The translations under genes and the position numbers were made by a program. The notes below the pieces were generated by a model, which saw nothing but the letters and a program-made list of their open reading frames with translations, was not told where the DNA came from and ran no database searches. Shown here piece by piece: positions 57,079 through 64,000 of a stretch of 64,000 bases of DNA. The stretch comes from Rebecca billardiae RCC1528 (Eukaryota; Protista; Haptophyta), in NCBI GenBank assembly GCA_965240325.2, contig OZ251231.1, forward strand, positions 2,356,001-2,420,000, in the 5' to 3' direction. Position 1 is the first letter of the stretch; the number at the start of each line of letters is the position of its first letter.

Positions 57079-59958
57079 GACGCCGGCACGGTCTACGCAG
57101 ATCAGTCGGCTTGACATGCAGTGCTCACATGCAGTGACGCAAGCTGTCTGCCTGTCTCAGAATTAGGATGTCGCCGATGCCCGCCGCGTTATACGTACTG
57201 ATGCCGGAACGACGCCGCGGACCCGATGATTTCTGATGACCGCGCCGCCGTTCCACGCGCGGTCCTAGACTGTCAAGTTTCTGACAGTACCGTCTCCGAC
57301 CCATGAGAGTGAGAATGGCGGGCCGTACCCCTCGTCGGTAGGTCCGCCCCTTGTAGTGCCCGGGAAAAAGATAAGAAAAAGAAAAAGAAAAGAAAATCGC
57401 CTCGCAAAGAAAAGAAAATCGCCTCGCTCGCACTACCGGGCGCCCTCGCAGCGCTCTCCCACGGTGGGGACGCTCGGCCGAAAATCTCAATCTGTTCAGG
57501 CTGGCGCGGAGCGCATGGGCGCCGCGCGCCAAATCCAACGCCGCCGCGGACATCACGCGGGGACTCCCGAGGGTAGTTTTCGCCCGATTCGCGGTTGCTG
57601 CCCTCGTCGTCTCGCGTGCAGGTCGAACGGGCGGGGCCAAAGTCGACTCGTTTGGAGGTACGCTCGGCGTGTCGACATGATCGTGCGACCTGGGGCGGTC
57701 CTTGCCCGACTTGCACGTCGAGCGCTCGCACGGGCCATAGTAGCAAGCGCTGCGCACGACAACCACCTCGCGCGATCCACCGCCGCGCGTCGGGCTCGGT
57801 GCGGAAAGGCCCTCATCACGAGGTGTCTCGCGGGCGGGAAGCGCCATCGCACGCGACGCAAGATTTGGCGCGGCCTTCTGAACTCGATCGCCGGAATCCG
57901 CGCACCGCAGCGGACTGTCGCTCGCGGTCCCTGCCCTCAGCCCGCTCTCCCGAGTCAGCCGAAGCCCACGTCCGGCGTGCATGGCGTCGACGGTGACCAA
58001 TGCGACGGAAGCGCAGCGCCAACGGCGTACGACGCGCAGCGGACGCACCTCCCGGGTCTGTCGCCGTGGCAGCAACCGCGTCTTCGCGAGTTGGCGACCC
58101 TCGCCGCAGCGCGACACAGACAAGCCCGTGATGCCATCCGAAGATGAATCGTTGAGCATGCAACGTCGCCGCGCCATCCTCGTCCATGGCGCAGGCGCTG
58201 CGGGACGAAGCGGACGTCGTCAGGCCGGTGACGGATGCGCTGCGATTCGTGTGCCTGCGTGAGCAGCTCGTGCCCACTCTCGATCGCGAGTGGCACACGC
58301 TGTCGCTGTGCGCGCGCGCGCGCACAACCAACAGCTCCTCGTGCCGCCGAGCACGCGGGCGCCAGACCTGTCGAAGAGGCGAAGAGCGACGACCGCGTGA
58401 ACGTCAACGCGCTAGTGCTCAGCGTGGCGGCCGTGTACGATGTCAACGCGACCTGCGCCGAGCCCATCATGCCCGGAGCGGACATCGACAAGCGTCCTCG
58501 CGACGACCGCTCTCGGCTGGCGGCAGGAGGAAATGCAACGATCTACTCTGGCGGCTTCGTCGGCGGCGAGGCGCTCGATTACGCCATCGCGGTCGAGATG
58601 CGACACATACAGCGCGTACCCGCGCTCGCGCGGAGCAACGGGCTACCCGCCCCGCCCCGCGTGCTGCACATTCCCTCGTGGGTGTGGGCCTTGCTGATGC
58701 GCACAGACGTGACGTGTACACGTGGGGCGAACTTTGACAGGTGTCACTGGTCCTCGCCCTCCAAGACTGTCCGTCACCCACGGCCACGAGCGAATGTGGA
58801 AAGACGCGAACCCGCAGAGGAAACATTGCGACAGCACTGGCACGGCCCGCCGACCCCCCCCCCCCGCCCGCCAGGGCACAGTTTAAATTACGAAAATTCT
58901 TAGCTCGATCTAATCAGGCCTTATTCACTCTGACATATCGGAGTCCGACGCCAATTATTCTTGTGAACTAGGCCGCCTACCGGTCGCGGCGTCGCCTGCC
59001 GGATGTATTTATCCGCATACGCTCCGGACGCACCGAGCCGGGCGGGCGACAGAGCCCGACGCCGCAGGTTGCGCAGCTGACTGAGTGAGCGAGCAGGCAG
59101 CGCGGGCGGGAGGAATGCGCGCATCGGCATCACGATTCACGTGTCGGACGTGACGCAGTGCCGAGCAGCGCGCTCGGGTAAGCCAGCGTTCGCAGCTTAT
59201 TACTCCCTCTGAGTCAGACCGCCTGCGCGGAGTTCGCCACTGCTCACGTGAGGCCGACGCGCAAGGACATTCGCAGCCGCCGCGCGGCTCACGGCCTCGC
59301 GACCGAGCCCGCGCCACCGCAGCAGGCTTTCGAGTCTCGCCGCGGCTCTCGGCCAGCGCGGTGGGGCCCGCGTGGCCGTGTGACCGCAGCTGACAGAGTG
59401 AGCAAGCGGGAGGCACGTCCGGAGGTACTTGCAGGCGCGCTCGCGGAGAGCGGAGCGCGAGGGCGAGACCAGCGGCCGGCCGCCCCCCGCCACCGCCGCG
59501 CGCACCGCGTACTACGCTCGTGGTCGATGAGTTGTTGAGTATTATTGTATTAGCCCGCCATTATAATATCATAAAAGTAGGAGTCGTGATCTCGGTCATC
59601 ATCTCGCCCGCCATCATCTCATCGCGAATTTCCCTATGATAATACTACTCTAATCATTCTATCGTAATATCCCACTCATCGTTCAAAGTTGTCCGGAGAT
59701 CATAAACAGATCATGCATACTGTCGCAATCTCGCCTGCCTGAGCTGTGTGCGTCTCTTATTCTTATAAATTAGATGTTCAAGAGTAATCAAGACAGTCCG
59801 AAGTTGATGATGGTTACCCCTGAACTTGAGACTCTGCGCGGCCTCATCAAACGTGCCTCGGCGCGGGCTTGTGAACAGGCAACCTCCACATCACCACATC
59901 CTGTCCAACGCCTCGCGACTCCGCGCTTCGCGAGACGATCGACCTCGCGTCAGGCGTG

Positions 59959-62794
59959 ATGTCGACCAGCGGCGCGACGGCCCGGAGCTTCAAGAGCCAC
60001 ATCGCAGGCGTGAAGGCGTACGCCCGCTCCATCGGCGAGGACGACCCTCTGCCTCCGCAGGAGCAACCTGCCGACTCTGCGGCGGCGGGACCGCGCGTGC
60101 TCGACACAGTGTGGTCGCGAGAGCAGATACTCCGCGTCGCCCAGCCGCCGCCGATGCAGCTCTCGTGGGACTACACCTACGCAGACCCAGGCGAGGAGGC
60201 CGAGCAGGTTGCGACGGAGCTGAGGCCCATGATGGCGCGGCGCCTGTTCCTCGTCGGCGTGAGCCTTGCGTGCGTGAGCGCGTCCGTCGTCGTACGCGAG
60301 GCCGTGGCCTCGCGCGGCGAGCCGTCCGCGTTTCTCAAGCTCGCGAGCGTCGTTCCGTTGGCGTACCTGGCAATGGCCCTGGCCGGCACGCACTTCGACG
60401 ACTGGAGCGTCCGTTACCGCTCGCTCGAGGCGGTCGCCATCGCTGTGGGCTTTGTGCACTCGCTCACGCAGAGCGTCCTCTTCGTGCCCTCTCGCCTCGC
60501 GCTGCTCGGCGTCGCGCCGCCCCTGAACGAGGCGTTCCACATGTGTCTCGCCGATGTGCGCATTCGAATTGCCCTGATGCTCGTGCTGTACTCCGTCTTC
60601 CTCCCGCTGCAGCCGCCGGGCTTCGCCATCCTGTGCGCTCTGATCTCTGCGCAGGTGCTTTCGTGCGGCCTGCTGCTGCCGTTGGACGACAGCCAGTCTG
60701 CCTCATCGATCGTGTGCACGATGGCGATCATCGCCACGACGCTCTTCAGCCGCATATACGTCGTCCAATCGCGCCGCGGCCAGTGGCACTATAAGCGCAC
60801 CGTCCACCGCGCGCTCATCGACCTGATCGAGATCGAGCGCGCGCGGCGCGTGCTGGAGGAGGCGGAGGCGCAGCAGAAGACGGAGCTGCTCACGACGCAG
60901 GCGGCGCAGAGCGCGCGCTCGCGGCTGATCCGGATGGTGATGCACGACCTGCGCAGCCCGCTGCTCTCCGTCCTCAACATCGGCTCGACCGTCGACGCGA
61001 TGCTCGCGGATGGGGACGTCGACAAGCAGGAGCTGCGCTGCGCATGCGATGGTCTCAACATCAACGCCACGCTGATGGAGCAGATCGTGAGCGACATGCT
61101 CGACTTTGAGCGGATCGACTCGGGCCGACTCATCCTGGCGCCTGCGCCTTTCCACGTCTCCGTCCTCCTCCGCGACGCGCACGCCACCTTCGCCGGGTTC
61201 GCGCAGACGAAGGGCGTCAAGCTCGAGCGCGAGCCGCTCGCCGAGGACCTCGCCTCACTCGCGCTCGTCGCTGACGTTCGCCGGCTGCAGCAATGTGCGC
61301 CGCGCGCGGCGCGCGCGCGCGCGCGAGCGCGAGGCAGGCGCGCCGTGCGGCGGCGCGCCGCGCGCCTCGCCGTGCATCCGCTTGCGCTCATGGGGATCGT
61401 GCCCGCTCGCCCGACAGGCCTGAACAACGGCATCTCGAACGCGATCAAGTTCACCGACCCCGGCGGGCGCGTGACGGTGCGCGCGTGGCTGAGCGAGGAG
61501 GAAGCCTCGGGCGCCGCTGTGGCTGACGACACCGAGACAGCTGCCGCCGGCGGTGAGGCCACGGCGGGCGAGGCGCCGGCGGAGCCCGCGCTCTCGCGCG
61601 TCTCCTCGTCGGAACCCGCTCTCTCGCGTGCCTCCTCGGCGAGCAGCACGCACCGCCGCTCGTCAGCAGGCGCCGCCTCCGTCTCATCGGAGGCCTCTGA
61701 GGCTCGTCTCTCCTTCCGAGGCGCGAGCGCGCGGCTGCGGCGCGTGCATGTCGCAGTCGCCGATACGGGCATGGGGCTCGAGCCGAACGAGCTGCGCGCG
61801 CTGCAGGACGGCAGCGTGTTCAACCAGGTGGGCAAGGGGCAGCTCCAGGGCAACGGCGGCACCGGCCTCGGCCTCTCGATCACGCGGCAGCTCCTCGAGC
61901 TGCACGACGGCTCCCAGCTCTGCGTCCACTCTGAGGGCGCGCAGCAGGGTACCACCTTCGAGATGCAGCTCAACCTGCGCGAGCCGAGCGAGCCGCTCGC
62001 GCCGAGCTCGGGCGCGACGGCGCGCGCCGACGGGGCCGTGTTCAGCATGCTGGGCAAGCTCAGCGGGTCCCGAACCGCGTTAGACGCGTCCGCAGCCGAG
62101 GGGGTGCCCCTGCAGGCGGGCGACACGCCGCACGCCGCCCGAGCCTCGGAGTCGAGCCAGCTCACGCTTCCGCCCGGCTTCCGCGTGTTGCACGTGGAGG
62201 ACGACAAGATACTCAGGGTGCGCGCGCTGCCGACGCGGCGCGAGGGCCCTCCACGACGCGCGCCGCTCACATCGGCCGCGCTCTCCCCACCCACGCGTGT
62301 GCGCGCGCGCGCGCTCGCTGCAGGCGACGCTGAACGCGCGCGTGTTCAAGAAGCACCGCGTGCCGGTTGACTGGCTCGACGACGGCCAGCAGGCTCTCGA
62401 GGTGCTCACGGCGGAGCCGTACAAGTACGCCATCGTGCTGTTGGACAACCAGATGCCGCGGATGGACGGCGCGACGGCGACGCGCAAGCTGCGCACGGCC
62501 GGGTACGAGGGCATCATCATCGGCATGACGGGCGACCCCGCCGGCTGCCCGGAGCGCGCCGAGTTCGAGGCGTCCGGCCTGGACTGCTGCCTGGACAAGG
62601 GCAGCTCCGGCGTGCGCGAGATCATCAGGCTGCTCTTCGAGTCGCAGCAGCTGGATGTTGCCGACGAGGCTGCGGACGGGACGTCTTCCTGTCCGACGAA
62701 GAGCAGCACCTGCACGTCGCCGTACTCATCATCACTGAGAGTGAGACTGCTGTCTGTCAGTTCAGTCGACGAGCAGCCCAGTCTCAGCAAATGA
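59959..62794 (+). CDS. Membrane-bound hybrid histidine kinase (HisKA-HATPase-REC; introns 61295..61417, 62218..62323)
   Basis: About 6 TM; H-box MHDLRSPL, N-box LNNGISNAIKFT, G1 DTGMG, G2 GGTGLGL; receiver HVEDD, LLDNQMPRMDG, MTG, LDK. Confidence 0.92.
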
Positions 62795-62875
62795 CATTAT
62801 AGACGACATTGTCTAGCTGCATCGACGACACATGTCACATCAATCGTCTGAATCGTCATCATCATGCATCATTAT

Positions 62876-62926
<51 letters not shown>

Positions 62927-63570
62927 CATTGCAAATATATAATAAATACTGCTACTACGCATCCGGCCGCCGGTCATCGGCGGCGTCGCTGATGAGTGGG
63001 CTTGGCAGCTCCGGCGTCCGGTGACCGGTCCGCACCGCCCCGCACCGGCAGGCATGCTGTACTGGAGACAGAGTCAGGTCCGACTGACTCGGTCTCGGAT
63101 AGTAGTCGTCGGTGAGGGCACTGGCGGGCGGGTGAGACTCATCTTAAATACTGTAGTTGGACATTGCCCTGCGCCATATGTGGCGCCCGTCCCCCGAGAC
63201 TGCTGTCTGTCAGTTCAGTCCGGACGAGCAACCCAGCAGACAGCAGTCTCAGCAAATGACATAATTGACATCGTCTTCGTATGCATCGACAACACAGCAT
63301 ATCAAATAAGACATCGCAAAAATCTGTCTGAATCATCATCATACATACACAAAGACGCATCCGCCGGTCATCGGCGGCATCGCTGAGTGGGCTCGGCAGC
63401 TCCGGTCCGCACCGCCCCGCCCCGGCAGGCGCTGTACTAGAGACAGACTGACTGACAGTCCGGTCCGAATCGCGGATAGTCTGGTGAGTCCGTGAGTCAC
63501 GGGCGGCGGCGGCTGTGCTAGACTTACTTGAAATGAAATAGTTGGACATTGCCCTGCGCCATATGTGGCG
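62742..63570. repeat. Degenerate tandem duplication (62742..~63186 / 63196..~63570)
   Basis: GAGACTGCTGTCTGTCAGTTCAGTC, GTCTCAGCAAATGACAT, CCGGTCATCGGCGGC, CCGCACCGCCCCGC and AGTTGGACATTGCCCTGCGCCATATGTGGCG each occur twice, in the same order. Confidence 0.85.
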
Positions 63571-64000
63571 TGACGCCATGTCATCACTCCATGACTCGGC
63601 CCGATCATTTATCGCCGGGGACGGGGTTGCCGTTGTGCTCCAGGCCATGAGGTCCTCCTGCGATCGGGCGCTCGGAGCGGAGCGACGAAGAGTGCGGCGG
63701 CATGGGGATCGGGGTTACGGGGTAAGACATCGGAATTATACCGAAACCGGCTGGACGCAGCCTCAGGCTTGTAGTGCGTGCCCCGCTGCCGTAGATCACT
63801 TTGCACTCGATCCCCGTGTCCGTCGCACTCTCCCTACAGTATCGTCGCTGGGATCAGCCCCGACCTGATAGACTGCTTGCCGCCCTTCATTTCAACCGTT
63901 CCTGGCGGCAATCGTCTAGGCTGGCAGCATCGCAAATTGTCCCGTCTTAGTGCTGTCGCACGGGGGGCTGCCGTCAGCCACAGGCGAGATGAGGGTCCAC

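Noticed and set aside
57125-59540. ORF 58235..58903 and a 22-bp tandem duplication at 57384-57427
   Set aside because: Partly coding-like but with no clear start or domain; the duplication alone is uninformative

Overview
Very GC-rich, gene-dense eukaryotic nuclear DNA, not bacterial. It has short GC-rich spliceosomal introns (donor consensus GTRCGCG, acceptor YAG), (TA)n/(GA)n microsatellites in AT-richer intergenic gaps, and bipartite plastid-targeting presequences. This fits an alga with a complex plastid; a Pavlovales-type haptophyte is my inference. About 22 protein-coding genes are supported, most in tight head-to-head pairs: FkbM-like methyltransferase/flavin amine oxidase, acyl-CoA dehydrogenase/FKBP-CS, ABHD hydrolase/RCCR-like, Mpv17/PhyH-AKR fusion, SLC19/GT25, La-motif protein/AI-2E, FAD monooxygenase/zinc-ribbon-IQ protein, and GATA factor/coiled-coil protein. 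Other genes are an MFS transporter, MOSC/mARC, ATP23, a JmjC protein, a membrane protein and a hybrid histidine kinase. The most unusual area is 40-47.5 kb. Two back-to-back ~1.12-kb foldback elements (CAAGGG...CCCTTG termini, ~400-bp TIRs, a 7-bp target duplication on the first) sit in a divergent promoter, directly upstream of a ~1550-aa protein made of 14 C4 zinc ribbons interleaved with 12 IQ motifs. Several short dispersed conserved non-coding elements are also present. Intron boundaries were read by eye and need RNA confirmation.
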